This document shows positions 25,913 to 39,800 of a stretch of DNA of 64,000 bases, one piece after another (position 1 is the stretch's first letter; each line of letters begins with the position of its first letter). The notes beneath the pieces are model-generated. The model was not told the origin of the DNA and made no database searches. It saw nothing but the letters and a program-made list of their open reading frames with translations. The DNA comes from Lingula anatina (Eukaryota; Animalia; Brachiopoda), in the NCBI GenBank assembly GCA_051362555.1, contig CM120647.1, forward strand, positions 13,244,651 through 13,308,650. The letters run 5' to 3'. The translations under genes were made by a program, and so were the position numbers.

Positions 25913-27334
25913 CTATTCAGTAGTGCGAGATTCAACACGTGATGGTAACCGGCAAGATTTCAGTACCCTTCTTAGTTCTCTACGATATTTGGGCGCGCTG
26001 ATGCAGTAGAGCCAAAAATTCACAGCGTGGTTGGCGTAAAACAAGAAGATGGCAATTGTGAAAACCCACTGATGAACACGACCATACTTCCACAAATCTA
26101 GCACCCTCGTTTGTAAAAGATTATATGGCGTAACGAGGGCAACGTAGGAAAAAGTCACCACGAGTAACATTCTTTGCACTTGTTTTTGGCTTTTTTTCCG
26201 GACTTCATATTGGCTTGTATTGGCGTTTTGGGGGGTGCCAGTTTCTGAGATACCCGTGTCATCATGGTCGGTGGAGCTGCTCGTGCCTGTCATTGTGTCC
26301 TGGGTTACGCTCACGTGATTGATTCTCAGCGCAGTAGACGACGCGTGCGCATGGCGTTTGGTAGCCTTTCTGGTCTCGTAAATTATCGCGATATTTATAA
26401 CTGGTAGTGAGATCAGGGGTATGATCCAGTACAAAGTAGCCCCAAGCCAGGAATGGATGTTTGCAAAGTATGCAACGTCCTTTCCCATCCTCTGCGCAGC
26501 GCGAGAATCATAATGTAAGAAATTCCAGCAAATATGTCTTTCGCATCCGGGCATTTCTTCAAAAGCCAAACCAGTCAGAATTATAGGAGAGTTAATGATA
26601 ATTACGGCCAGAGCCACCGAGCACAGGACAATGCGCGTGTTTCGCACCGTACACAAAGACTGTGCTTTGAAGGGGAATTTAATCTTTACATACCGCTCCG
26701 CGCTCATAATTGTCAAGAACAGCCCGCTCATTTCCGGAGTACAATACAGAATAAACATGGTCAATTTGCATGTGGCTGCTCCATGGGATATTACACTAAT
26801 TCCAATATCGTGCTCAAAAAGGAACATGTATCCATCCAGCAGCACTAGAGTGTCAGTGACGGCCACGGCGGTCATGTACAAACACGTTGTGTTGCGCCGC
26901 AGAGACTTGCGGTGGAAGACGGCTACGGATAACATGTTACACACGATTCCAATGCTGTATACCATGACCCTGATAACCGCCCGGAAATGTATGAAGTCCT
27001 CGCTTGAGTCATCGAGGTACTGAGGAGAACTGCAGTTGGGAGCTGAATCATTGCCATTGTTTGTCATATCCTGACTTTGAAGTGTTTTGTCGAGGACTTG
27101 ATTCGACCGCGTGGCTCCGGAAATGTTGACAGCGTGGCCGCCATTTGCAGCAGATCTTTTTGTCTTTTCAAACAAGGGTTTTATTCCCAGTCGAGTTTGT
27201 TCCGCGTGACGCACAATTAAGGGTTTAAAACTGAGAACTGCGTTTGCACCAGTTGTCTCAACGCAATCCCCTACTTGTTGGAAGATAAAAATGCACACCA
27301 GTGCGCGTGCCCGACATATTCCAAGTGTGGTCAT
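25913..27334 (-). CDS. Class A (rhodopsin-like) GPCR of the invertebrate peptide-receptor type (FMRFamide/TRH-receptor-like expansions); single coding exon
   Basis: Seven hydrophobic segments. TM1 GIVCN, TM2 AVAVTD, TM3 C...MSAERY (DRY variant), TM5 IIP, TM6 VTPY, TM7 NHAVNFWLY, helix 8 YRREL. Splice acceptor just upstream (exon starts about 27429). Start is either 27334 or 27067 (MTNNGNDS). Confidence 0.92.
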   Translation of the reverse strand: MTTLGICRARALVCIFIFQQVGDCVETTGANAVLSFKPLIVRHAEQTRLGIKPLFEKTKRSAANGGHAVNISGATRSNQVLDKTLQSQDMTNNGNDSAPNCSSPQYLDDSSEDFIHFRAVIRVMVYSIGIVCNMLSVAVFHRKSLRRNTTCLYMTAVAVTDTLVLLDGYMFLFEHDIGISVISHGAATCKLTMFILYCTPEMSGLFLTIMSAERYVKIKFPFKAQSLCTVRNTRIVLCSVALAVIIINSPIILTGLAFEEMPGCERHICWNFLHYDSRAAQRMGKDVAYFANIHSWLGATLYWIIPLISLPVINIAIIYETRKATKRHAHASSTALRINHVSVTQDTMTGTSSSTDHDDTGISETGTPQNANTSQYEVRKKSQKQVQRMLLVVTFSYVALVTPYNLLQTRVLDLWKYGRVHQWVFTIAIFLFYANHAVNFWLYCISAPKYRRELRRVLKSCRLPSRVESRTTE

Positions 27335-29696
27335 TGTTGTGATGCAGACATTAATTAGTAGCGACCTTGCATAATTGGGAGGAAATGCAGATTTTACAAC
27401 CCTCGATTTACAGCTTGACGTTTATAAACCTGTGGAAAAAATGAAAATGCATTAAACTACGAGTAATGTGTAAGTATGAACTGCAAAAAGTTGGTGTGTA
27501 TGCATGTGTGTACACTGTATGCATATTTTCACGATTGGCGTGGATGCTTGAGCGATATCAGGATATCATTCGAAACTGTAAGTAAACTGCTCGGGGTTGC
27601 AGATGACTTGCAGCTACTTCATTAATATACATTCACATATATGCACAAGACAACATGAATTGACATTTTAAAATATTTTTAAGAAGAGTCCGGTCTGAAA
27701 CTTATACAAAATATTACCAAAAAAAAAACGCATTTATTCTACTTTATTTCAACTTTTTGATTTTCGTTAAGTTAAGATGCTATTCTTTAATAATGGCCAA
27801 CTCAACCATGTAAGAACGGGCTACTCTTCATTTTTACTTTGCGCTTTCGGGTCTTTTTCGATTTCTGATAAGACGTTCGATAATAAATTACTCGACCCAA
27901 TTGGGCAATAAACTTACTTTAACCTACATTGAGTTAATGCAGATAAGGCAGTAAACCCGTGTTCATTTTCCCTAATAGTTTCCCTGACAGTGGTCCGTAT
28001 CCATCTCACATGGGACGGTTCCCGTGGCTCTATCACTTTTCAAACCCACTCTCCACTGACCCCATTATACGGCTATACCCTACCTTTGGTTCCAGGGTTC
28101 GGTATTGCCAGCTCGATCTTGATTTCTTATATAACCCACATCAGCAATAGTCCATAAAGTGTACCCGTGTAAATAGGAAGGGTATTGTGGACAAGCTAGC
28201 TTTATAATGCCATATGTCACTCAGGGTAGCTATACCCACTTCTAGTAAACTCTGGCAATAAAAAAAAAAAACTCCCACCTGTTCTTACAAGCAGCTTTTT
28301 CACGTTTTCGTGGTCACGGAACGGCCTGTCTCACAAATAGGGGGGGGGGGGATCCTACAGAAAACCACCTTTTAACCCTGGTTTGACCATCATAAACATA
28401 TGCGTTGGTGTTGAATCACCATGCAGTAGCGAAAGTTACTGTAGACGTTTAGCGACTGCTTAGCTGTGAGATGAAACAGGACGCACAGCGTCACGTCTTC
28501 TTTAGAGCTTCATATTTGCTTAGTGATATATGTATGTTAGTGATAACGGCCTGATGAAGTCTCTTAATATTACGTGGTAGAGGAGAGAAGTGGAGGACGC
28601 GGGGACGACCGATGAATGTACGGCAGCAAACGCTGAAGTATGTATCATGCTGTGTAAATACGATACTTTCATAGTATCCGCTGTACTTGTACGTTGCTGA
28701 GATATATATGAAAAACTTCGATCGCTTTATCTCCCCACTTTCTCCTTGTCGCTGCCCGTCTGTTCACTGTGTGAGTGTGTGTGTGGAGAGAGAGAGAGAG
28801 AAAGAGAGAGAGAGAACAAATATACTCACCTCTTTTACATTTCTGCTAAAAAAGTCCGAGTTGACATTGAAATCACACAATCTGCGTGTATACCATGAAA
28901 AGCATTTAAGATGTCAACCTACGCACAAGGATGTTTAAACCAGCCGAGTCATTTAAAGATCATTTTAACGTTATTTTTGCTTCGACGCCAGATTTTCCTG
29001 TTTTGTTTTTTCTTTTCCTTTTATTCAAGCCAGCACCACAACGATTTAATAATGCGCCCCCACAAAACCACATATGACGTTAACACCGATAATCGTACTG
29101 AGAGCTGAAAGCTGGCAATGAAAACTAAATTATTTTATAAAAAAAATAGGCAATATGCTTTGCATAAACCTTAGAGTTTAAATATTTATCGCTTGATATT
29201 GTCTGAAAATATTGTGTTGTGAGTTAATAATATTCAGAATATTTTATGGACATAATAATAAATATATAAATAACATACTGTATGAATTACTGCAATAATA
29301 ATAAAAATAATAATAATAAGTCTCCGATAATATTTGAATACAGCGTAAGTATTATATTTTGTAACGGAAAAAATGATAAATACCCTGAAACTTAACTAGG
29401 TCAGCCAATGATTTATTTTTTCAGTTCTCTTCAAATGTGCCAGAGACTAAACCTTACACGGAAACAAAAAGTGTGCTATATATAATAATTAGGTCAGAAT
29501 ACTTTCAAATGAGTTACTTGATGTTTCTTGTGAATAAACACCACAGAACCCTACAGATCACTAGTATCCCATCCTCGTTTAATGGAAATGGTAATAATAT
29601 GTAAATAATAATATTAAACCTAATATCCATTAAAAGTTAAAGCTGTCTCTACATAAAACAATGTATATAAACACAATTACCAATAAACAGTATGTG

Positions 29697-29779
<83 letters not shown>

Positions 29780-30864
29780 TCACCTTAATAGACTAGGACA
29801 TAATGCGGTAGAGGTGATACTTTACGATCTGTGGGACAGGTTGAAGTTTCTGAGACTTGGCTGCGCTCGTTGAGACATCCAGAAATCCTGTACTGTTTTA
29901 ATTGCAAACCAAAGTGTTCAACATACACTTACACGTACCCAACAATTTATCCATTTGAAGGCCTATTTGTCCGACTGCCTCAATACTACTCACGATAAGC
30001 GAATTAATGAATGTTAAACCTTAAGTTTTACAATACAACATTTACAACAGGCCCAGTGCGCGTCACTCAAAAGTTTATCTATCTTCCATACGCTGTAAAA
30101 AAACTAGTTTATACTCTCTTACTACTAGGCCAGTTGCAATCAGTGCACTGGACTGAATTCAGCCTGATAACAACTATTAAGTATGTCACCATGTCTGCTA
30201 TTGTACATAAAGATCGCGCCACATTGCTGATTAAGATGACTTTGAAGTCTCCTTGAACACTGAAAACCCAGGTGTATATGTTAACAGAGACAGAATATCT
30301 ATAAGGCGACTGCCACCAAGAGAAATATAGCTGGAAAGAAGAGAGGTAAGCCTTAGTACTAATTTGTTGTTATATAATAATGGGAATATACTGTGCCTGT
30401 TAACGAACTGGGTTGGTGGTTGCTGCAGTTTTGTGTCCCTGTAGGGTGGTAAAACAGAATAAAACAGAATAAACACATAACTGTTTGTTCCCGATGTTCG
30501 AATTGTGGCATTTGCTCGCCACATACATATACCTACCCTGTGGTGCTTCGGTTACAACCGTATTTTAGATTTTATATCCCATTTCAAATTTCAATTTATT
30601 CCATTATTCACTTTACATGTTAAAGACGTGTTTAATTACATAGCTATTCATATAGTGTTATTTTCACTCCGTCTTTATGTATTTAGTATATTTTTAATTA
30701 TTCACTTTGTGTTTTCATTCCTACTGCACTCATTTCCATCTTGGCGATAATAACTATCGTCACGTACACCCCAATAGAGAGGCTTACGGTGTCCTCCTCA
30801 AGCAATGAAGACGTTTCATAACGTTTCTTTATGTCGGGACTACCTTTATTTCATATAATCACTA

Positions 30865-31095
30865 AGGGTGCATTCCCAGAGATTTAGATCGATCCAGAGA
30901 TTAAGATTTAGATCGACCTAAATCTCCCTGGGGGTTCACGCTAAATTGCAGTCAGCCGAGCGCGCACCATAGTTAATTACCCCCTTACAGCTTTTAGTAG
31001 GCGGGACAAACGCTTAAGCCGGCTAAGCTGACAGTAAACTAGTGAGACTCCCCACAGGGATAGATCGATCTAAAATCTATGGGAATGGGGTCTTA
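30865..31095. mobile_element. Harbinger/Tourist-like MITE, family A (second copy about 59080-59298)
   Basis: Inverted ends cattcccagagatttagatcgatc / gatcgatctaaaatctatgggaatg, flanked by taa/tta. Core ctccctgggggttcacgctaaat...gttaattacccc...gtaggcggg shared with the copy in a PASK intron. Confidence 0.7.
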
Positions 31096-31189
31096 GTTGC
31101 ATACCTTATACTACGTGTATCTAAATATAGCTAGATGATATGTATTAACCTCCATACCAAATCTTTCTCTTTTATTTCTCTTCTTTAAG

Positions 31190-32653
31190 GTATTGGTCCT
31201 AGAAACCACGTCTCTGTCCAAGATCCTAACGGAAGATTACCTAACGTGCAGCATATGCCTTGAAAGGTTCAAAGACCCCAAGGTCCTCAGCTGTTCACAT
31301 ACGTTTTGCCAGCACTGCCTCCAAGACCGTTTAGACAGAAATTTCTGAGGTCAGCCTGGCTTCCTTTGTCCTCTCTGTAGACGTCAGTGTGACCTCCCTA
31401 GGGGCGGTGTAAATTGTTTGCAAACAAATCAACTTCTGGTCAGCATATTACACACACTTGGACAAATAGATCAAGCTAAAGCTGCCAAGAAATGCGAGGT
31501 ATGTTTCCTGAAAAACACCCACAATTCGCCGACGGCAACCAAACGCTGTTTGGACTGCGAGGAAAGTATGTGTGGAGATTGTTCTTCGGAACATGTGCTT
31601 CATAAGTTAAATCGTGACCACAAACTGTTTCCTGTCGACCAGTTTGACAGCGACGAATACGTGACAGAGCTGCGTGCCCGACAAAACATCCTTTGTGACC
31701 ACAACAACAAGGACCCCGTAGAAATCTTCTGTCCAAGGAGTAAAAAGTTCATATGTGTCGGTTGTATGGTTTTAGACCACAAGGATCATGATTGCCTAAG
31801 AATCAATATTGCTGCCGACAAACGCAAGGAAAAACTAAAACTCCACGTGAAACCCATCGAGAAGAAAAGTATACTCTGCGATCAGTTTAAAACCGCTGCT
31901 GAAGACAAGAAAGCTTCAGTAGAAAAGGGAAGAAAGAAGGCAAAGAATCAAGTTAACAAGCAGTTACAGCTAGTTATGAAGATGGTCCGTCAACGTGCTG
32001 ATGATCTTCTGGAAGAAAAAGATGCCAAGTCGAACGCCATACTGGAAGTTTTAGATGGTTTAATTGCAACTGCTACCGCCACCCAAAACCAACTGGACGA
32101 CGTTGTAGACCTCGCGAGAAAGCTCATAAACCACGGGAACGATACGGACCACGTGAGAATATTCTACAGTGAGTCGCCACATGCAGTAGCGGTCAACAGC
32201 CAGAGTCACTATGTAGTGGTCGGTGACCGTAGTCTGGCTGTGCACCACAAGGAGGGCGAGGTCCTGCAGACGACACCAGACCCAGCAGGGGGTAAATATT
32301 GTAAAAACGTCCACTGTAACGCGAATGATGACATCATCGTCACAGATCCAGGAAATGATAACATCCGTGTATACGATCCGACTCTCCAGCTTAAATACAG
32401 ACATGGTACCAAGGGTGATGGGGACGGACAGGTGAGCCTTCCAGGCGGCACGTGCTGCTTGGATAATGGAGGCATAATTATTACGGAATTCGGCGACCAA
32501 CGTCTGCACCTGATGTCACCGGATGGAAAATTCAAGAAGTTTCTTGCAAACAAAAAAATTAGACTATTCAAGCCAGAAGATGTTGTAGTTAATTGTCTCG
32601 GACAACTGATAGTTGGGGAACAGACAGGCAAGATTAAAGTCTTCCAATTATGA
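31190..32653 (+). pseudogene. TRIM-NHL (RING, B-box1, B-box2, coiled coil, NHL) E3 ligase with an in-frame TGA in the RING; probable pseudogene
   Basis: [27 protein letters not shown]...RNF*GQPGFLCPLCRR with TGA at 31346-31348, in frame with ORF 31418-32653. B-boxes CEVC...CLDCEESMCGDC...H and CDH...FC...IC..C...HKDH, a coiled coil, and only about 4 NHL blades. No ATG seen at the expected start (TTG at 31193). Confidence 0.8.
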
Positions 32654-33463
32654 TAAATTATACCAAAGTTAGCAATTGACTACGGACATATTACGTTTGT
32701 TAGTTTGTTTAAAAAAATGCATATACAATAACTCAGCAGAACCCTTGAAGTTCTCATCTCTCTTGAATCATGAATGTTTACTTTCAATTAAGATTCCTCG
32801 CCACATTGGTTGTTTATAAAAAGGAGAATTCTTAGCTGTGACTAAACAGTTACATCGCAGAATTTAAGTATATATTGTTATACTGCAAACATTTACTGTA
32901 CATAGCGCCATTATAATGGGAAATCCTGGTTTAAAAAATGATACTGTTCTATCACAGAATAGGAAATTACTGTGTGTATTTTCCTGGTTATACTGGAAAA
33001 CCTTAACTGAAAAGAAAAATACGCACATAAAACCAATTACAAAGAAGATAACCAGTCATAAGATTCCCTAAAACATGTTATGCGTTTTAACTTATTAGTG
33101 GTAAGCAGTCGATTCAATTGAGCGAATTTCAATAGCTAAACAACACTGAACAATCTTAATAAAGAAAGTGAGTAATAGTACCCTTCGGAGTCACGCTAAT
33201 TCACATCATCGGCAAAAGAAGAGTGTGGACCATATTGTAGTAGTGCCCATACAGGTTGGTGGAAGGGAATCTTGTAAACCACCACGCGCAGTTCTCAGAA
33301 TACGCGACGTTGTCCAGGTATGACAGGAATGGTAGTCCTGGGAATGGAAGTCCGGGGTCCCATACGATTAGTGCAGTTGGTGTTAGTCAGATTATTGAGG
33401 TTAGTATATGTGACGAATGTCACCTGTACAAAGTAATGGGAAGCGGACTACAGTTCCTGTCGG

Positions 33464-33607
33464 TGTAACGTGACAAAGAGTCCCCCATAACAGGGAGTCC
33501 GCTTCCCATTCATTTGTACAGGTAAGCTTCGCCCTAGATTTTGACCCACTTAGGTCAGACTAACCCTAACCATTATAACTATATGGAGGGCGGACTTTCT
33601 GTTACAC
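33464..33607 (-). mobile_element. Short TGT...ACA-ended MITE-like repeat (other copy 60139-60267; related pieces at 33420-33450 and about 34530-34600)
   Basis: Core gcttacctgtacaaatgaatgggaagcggact present in opposite orientations at the two loci; inverted tgtaac...agagtcc ends. Confidence 0.6.
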
Positions 33608-34181
33608 AGACCCTCAGTTTTGTTACACGGCCGTTCCCGAGTAGTCTCCCAGTGTAAGCAGGTACTTCACAGTCCCATCGCTGATTTTGAAGAGGGAAAA
33701 TTTGGAGTAGGCGTCGACTCCTTTGCCGTCTCAAGATCTACTCTCGGAGTGTAGTCTTGTTGTGCGGGCAGACATTAGATGTAAAAGTTGCCTATAAAAA
33801 TGAAAAAATAAATATAAAATACAGTACATAACTGATTTGCTGCATTTACTTGTGGTGACATGTACTAAGGAAAGTGTTAAGATAAGAGTGGGTCGGGATT
33901 GGGATTTGCCATTTCGTGTTCCTTACAATATCGTATTATACTATACCAGACCATATACCATGAAAATACTGCGCGCCATCTGTCGTCCTAAATATGTATT
34001 ATCCCTTACCAAGCCAGTGCTTTCCACTGGAGTCCCCGAACCCTTCCTGTATGCCTGCCGGTCACAGTAGATACCAACGGCATCATCTTGAAAGGAACAC
34101 CGGTGCAGAACAGAAAAAACAAGCGCCTTTAAATAATTTTACTGGTTAAGCCTATCTATGTTGCTATCTTAGAAAGGCTTT

Positions 34182-34225
<44 letters not shown>

Positions 34226-34755
34226 TACATCAATGTTAATTCCTGGTAAAAATAAAGAAATAAAGGTATCAATATCATTACGTCGAAATGATGATGCACG
34301 ATTTTAGGACATATAGCTACTACATGTAAAGAGAAAATAGGCTGAATAGGGAATTTAAAAACTGTACGTTTTCAATCACAGTGCCCCAAAACGTGGCGTC
34401 TATTTGGGCGGGTGCGATTGTGGTAGATGCGACACAATTGTGACAATGCCAAAAAGAATATGTGATAAGAAACATCGACCGTGTAATAGAGACCGCCCTC
34501 AATTGGATTCGTACTGGCTTGGGTTGGGGTGACGTAGGTGGGTCAAAATCTAGCGGCTTACGTATAGAAAGCAATCCGAACCGGTTCCTGTATTATAGGG
34601 GATATCTCTATAGATGGAATTAACTTTAAGACCGAAATCTTTATTGACCATGATTAATCAGAGTCTAGACCCCTTCAATGAATAATACACTTGCTATAAA
34701 AAATTTGAGAAATAATCCGCGTTGCTTGCTCATTGCACCCGCCCGCTTCAATGGA

Positions 34756-34828
<73 letters not shown>

Positions 34829-35043
34829 TGTACAGCCTAGCTGTTTATACATCAAAGCGGAGTGTTGCAATCAAGGTTTATTCAACTGAAGTTCAGGCCT
34901 ACAGGCCAATATTATATATCACAATAACCATAATCAGCTGGCAAAATTATATTACAAACACTAACAAATTCACTTATCTGAAAAAAAACATCTCTTAGTT
35001 AGTTAGAAAGCTATACGTAGGCCGCCGCTTTTTAAATAATATC

Positions 35044-35088
<45 letters not shown>

Positions 35089-35736
35089 CATGACAGAGCA
35101 GTCACTATAGTTACATTGTGGAAATCTCAGGATTTATATACGGTGCCCACCTCAACTCTTTTTTATAAACTACACGACATTAAAATAACCAAGCAATCAA
35201 GGGGCAAGTAAAATAAATCTTTTACTTAGATTTTGGTAAACTTTTTCTTAGCCATTTTTCTGAAATTCTACACCCGTGGCAGTGTACTAGTCTATGTACA
35301 TTTTTAAGCATGAATATATGTACGCACTTCAGCTACTTTCCCTAAGCCAGCTTTCATTAAGTCTGCCCTGAACGCAGCTCGCAATTCTTTGCGACCGCTT
35401 GCCCTTGAACTCGCTCTTAAGGAAAAACAAACTGACCTAGTCTACCAGACATAAATCAACGCGGCCCCCTGGGCCCCGCGCTGCATCAAATCTGTTTCAT
35501 AATTATCCAATACTGATTGGCTTAACGGCTAATTTGCCTATTTGACTCCAATAACGCCGATCCGTAATGGATATGCTTCGGCAATTAATGAATGGCAAAA
35601 GAACCCATCGGCTTTTGCTCGAAAAAATAACTCCTAAAAATAGGTTACGTACGCGGTGCATGTTGGGTAAGGTATAGCAATAAACGGAGCCAACGCCTTG
35701 GTAGTTAGTTTTGCCGGCACTGGCTAGTAGAAAAGG

Positions 35737-36801
35737 ATGGCTCGCCGTTGTTTGCTAGGATGTTTGGCAATTTTGCTTTACTGTGGAATTGCTATGTGTC
35801 TGCCTCCTATTCAGCAATTGCGCACGTGAGTATAAGATCTATTCTTTGTTGATAAGACAGTTACTGTGTGAGGAAAAACGTTATTTTTAGCTGATTTTTA
35901 TTTTTGGTGAATATGCGTACTGGCAGATCTATTACTTAGCTTGCAGAGAGGGTGGACGCATGAAAACAATTTGCCAACCTTTGCTAAGCATATTTATGAT
36001 TGACGATTGAGGATAGTTTTATTACAGGTATAATATTTAGGTCGCAGGAATGGCAGAATCACTTGGTTTTGTCTCGTTTTGATTGTTAAACTGTTTTGAT
36101 ATTTTTTTAATTCGGGGGGGGGGGGGGGGGGGGGTGAAGGGCAGGGAGGGGTACGTGGTAGTGGTTATGATACCGCCCGACCGCCATTGTCAATAATACA
36201 TGTAAACCGCTACATTGGAACCATGCACTATCGAGCTGACATATAACCAAGATCGACTGCTGCAAGGGTACAGCTACATGTAGTACATGCCCAAGTGAAA
36301 TATTCCTCATAGGTGTGTTGTGCTGCGTATGACAGAAGTCCCGGCCACTCTCACGACTATGCTTGGTTGATTTTAGTGGCAGGTTTTACTGTGCGAAGCA
36401 CAATATGTTAGCGCCCCCCCCCCCCCCCCCCCCTTAAAGACCACACCAACAAGATACAGTCTATTCAGAACCGTGTTGTAGTAGAGGTTCACCTGCATCC
36501 TCTCGGATCTCTCGGTAAAAAAACTGATTAAATTCGGTCTTCATTCGAACACTTACTTGTCGCTCTCAGTCAAAAACGTTTTCTACCTGCAGTATACCCT
36601 AAGGTCGCATTCAGAACAAGTTGATCCGCTGACTAACAGCTCCGCGGATCAAATATTGCTGACCCACTTGAAAGCCTGCCACATAACCCCCTAACAGACA
36701 CTGAATAGATTCCCCGCGGGGATTACTCGGCAAGCCTTCAAGGGGGTTGATCACCTTTGATCCGTGGAGCTGCTAGTCTGTGAATGCAGCTTAAATTTAT
36801 G

Positions 36802-36834
<33 letters not shown>

Positions 36835-39800
36835 TAGGATTATACAAATTATCTTCCTAAATTTAACGTCTTACACAGGAGCGTTTTTATTGTCATTAGG
36901 TGACAGTGCGACCTCCATATACCCTTTGCGGCTTGGCAGGCTCCAGCGGGCTGTCACTTTGAGTTACTGCACGTACCGCTATCAGAACCACCGGTTGATT
37001 TTTCATAAGATATTGACAGAAATGTCGGATGTGTCTCTGGCTTCTTCATGACGATTATTTTTTTCATGCTGTGTCCAAGGGGAATTTTTTCATAGAATAT
37101 GTCACCACTCAGTTGGCTTGTATTGAGCGAATTGTAAAATAGGTCAATTTTTTTCTCTTTTGTAAGAACTCATCTTGCCCATTTTCCCACTGAGTCCAAC
37201 GAGTATATTTGTATGGAATATGCCATCGCTCAGTTGGCTTCTTGTAAAAGGTTCATTCTTAAACTGGTCAAAATGGTCAATCATCTTTTTCAAACTCGCC
37301 CAACCCATCTTCCAAGCATTCTGCCCTACTGTCGTTCAGTCAAGCAATGCATATTTCCTTTTTTACTGCATGAATGGTAAAGACATAATATACATTAACT
37401 TTTTTTAGATTGCCATCTTATCAAAATTAAATCAGCATGAGAATGCACTTAACTGGGTACGAAATACATTTTAGGTCAGTACAACGTAGGATTTGAAGTA
37501 TGGTGACTGAGTTAGGCGATGACTTGGGTCGGCAGGTGGCATAAGCTATTATGTACATGTACCGTGATAGAGGGTGATCATGATTTACTGCAATTCATCC
37601 CCTCCCCCTCCCCCGAAAAAAGGAGCATTGAGTTATAGTCTTAATCACTATAATATTAATGTGTTTTCCAGATTTCCCCTTCTTGTGCTCAATTTTAAAT
37701 GGGCAATTTTGAAAAGATTAATGCAGAACACGCTCGCTGTCCCATTACCACAGTTATTCAGCTACAGTCAGTGAGAGAGAGAGAGAGAGTTGTATGTGTA
37801 CCGTTATGATGAGCATCATGCACATTGTATCGACAACTCGGCCAGCAGAAGTGAAATATCATCAAATTATCTAACGCTGCACAATGTTGTGCTTTTGGCA
37901 TTTCTGGCAATTATCTTCACATCGTTTAATTTATTTTATCTTTTTTTTACTTGTTTCCTTTTTTGCCATTGTTCGCAAAAGTATCACATAAACCTATCAT
38001 TTAGCTATTATGCTCGTGGACAGAATGTTACAACCTTTAAATGACTCGATAATATGATAACCATACCTCTCAAAAGACTAAGAGAGTGATTTAAAAAATG
38101 GGCAGAATTCAGGAAAAAGGTAACATGCAAAAAAGCCTGTGCTATCAAAAGGCTCCAAGGGAATTATTTTTTAAATATTAAAAGTCTATAATTACCGTCT
38201 ATATCATTTACAACCTCTGGAAGTTTTCCCCGATGACTAACACTTTCATACTTTCATACCCGCGGCATGGTTCTGTCTTTAGGTCTAAGTACGCTGTTTA
38301 CGTTTTATCATCACCGTCAAAATTAAGGTGTCTGTTTTTTTAATATGGGGTCAATTACATGACTTGGTTCTAAAAAATGCTGTCTCGTGGCATTTCAAAA
38401 ATGTTCTCTGAAATTATCATATTTAACGGGTTTTATTTTTTCTTCCTATTTTACTTTGTTTCGGATTTTTTTTTTCTTCCGAACCATAAAACAATCCACA
38501 GTAAGGTTAACAGAGTTTCTTCCTGTATTTTTGCATTTCTTTATTTTAGTACATTTTTGTGACAGAAAAAAATAAACAAAATAAAATAACATCGATAATT
38601 AAATATAAGACCATTTTTTTTTCAGGAAAGTTCCGCGACAAACCATTAATGTCAACATCAGTCTTTGGGAGCACTACGAAGACGTCCTGAAGGAAATTGA
38701 CGAACAGGAAAACGGACCTCTCCGGAAATTACTGAAGGAAGTCGTGGATAAGAACCCCGGCATCGCTCCCGCCGGAAGTCTATTCCAGCGACTACACATA
38801 CCCGAGAAGCTTCCAGGCGGCAAAACCGGGTTCGAATCCGATTTCGATTTTCTGGACCCCTCTGTGAAAGCTCTGGAGGCCCCCCATTCTGCAGTCAGAT
38901 TGGTGAAAGTTCCCAATTCCGACGTGTACGTCCATTTGTATGTGAACAACCAAAGGGTAACCCCCTTGCACAGACGTCTTAGCATGGCTCGCTTCTACGA
39001 CCCCCAGCGGTCTGGCGTCTCAGTGGACATTAAATACTGGGCGGCGCCTAATAATACAAAAGGCACGTGTCTTAATAATACCGTCACCATCCTGCTGCAC
39101 GGGTTCGACCCTAAAACCAACAGGACACGCCCACCGATCCTTACCGCCCGGATGTACAAGGGATATCAGAGTTTCACCACCCCTCCGTACAAATCCTGTT
39201 TCGTTGATGAGGGCGGAGACAAGGAATGCTGCGACGGAAACGTCCCGGACTCCGAGGAAGGGTTCGCCAATGATTACAACCCTGGCTGGGTGGACACGAA
39301 CGCCGTGGATGCCATTGGAGGGGCAATAGGAAAGTTCATCACCATGCGCCCAGACGCCGAGGTCGTCATGGACGTCGTCCTCGTGTATCGCACCTCGTGG
39401 CCCACGTGGTTCCGGCAGTGGGAGGAGCCGAACTGGCCCAGGATGTGGCCTCAGGGGGAGACCGTCGCTCTGCTGAAGAACACCGGGGCTGAAGTGACCC
39501 GGAAGTCAAACGATGACGACAGAGCGAGCCAGGAGACGTGGCGCCTCGTTTTCGTCCAGGCTGAGAACATTTTGATCAACACGTGGAACAAGGAACAACG
39601 CACGTTGATGATGTTCCTGAAGGCGTTGAGGCGCAAGTACTTCCAGCACGTCGAAGACGCCATTACGGGATTTCATCTCAAACTGCTCTCCTTCTGGGTG
39701 GTGGAGGAACTGGGGACAGATTGGAGGCTCGCGGACATGAACGCTGCTGTGTCAGAGGCACTGGCCAGCATTCAAGATGTCTGCAAGAATCGATTCTTGC

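Noticed and set aside
26534-27023. Plus-strand ORFs overlapping the GPCR, and similar antisense ORFs over TRIM (31476-32631), Mab-21 (38674-39663) and PASK (62068-63907)
   Set aside because: Shadow ORFs of real coding exons with no independent motifs.
31346-31348. Selenocysteine TGA in the TRIM RING
   Set aside because: The codon is in a loop rather than at a Zn-ligand Cys position, I see no SECIS-like element downstream, and other lesions point to decay.
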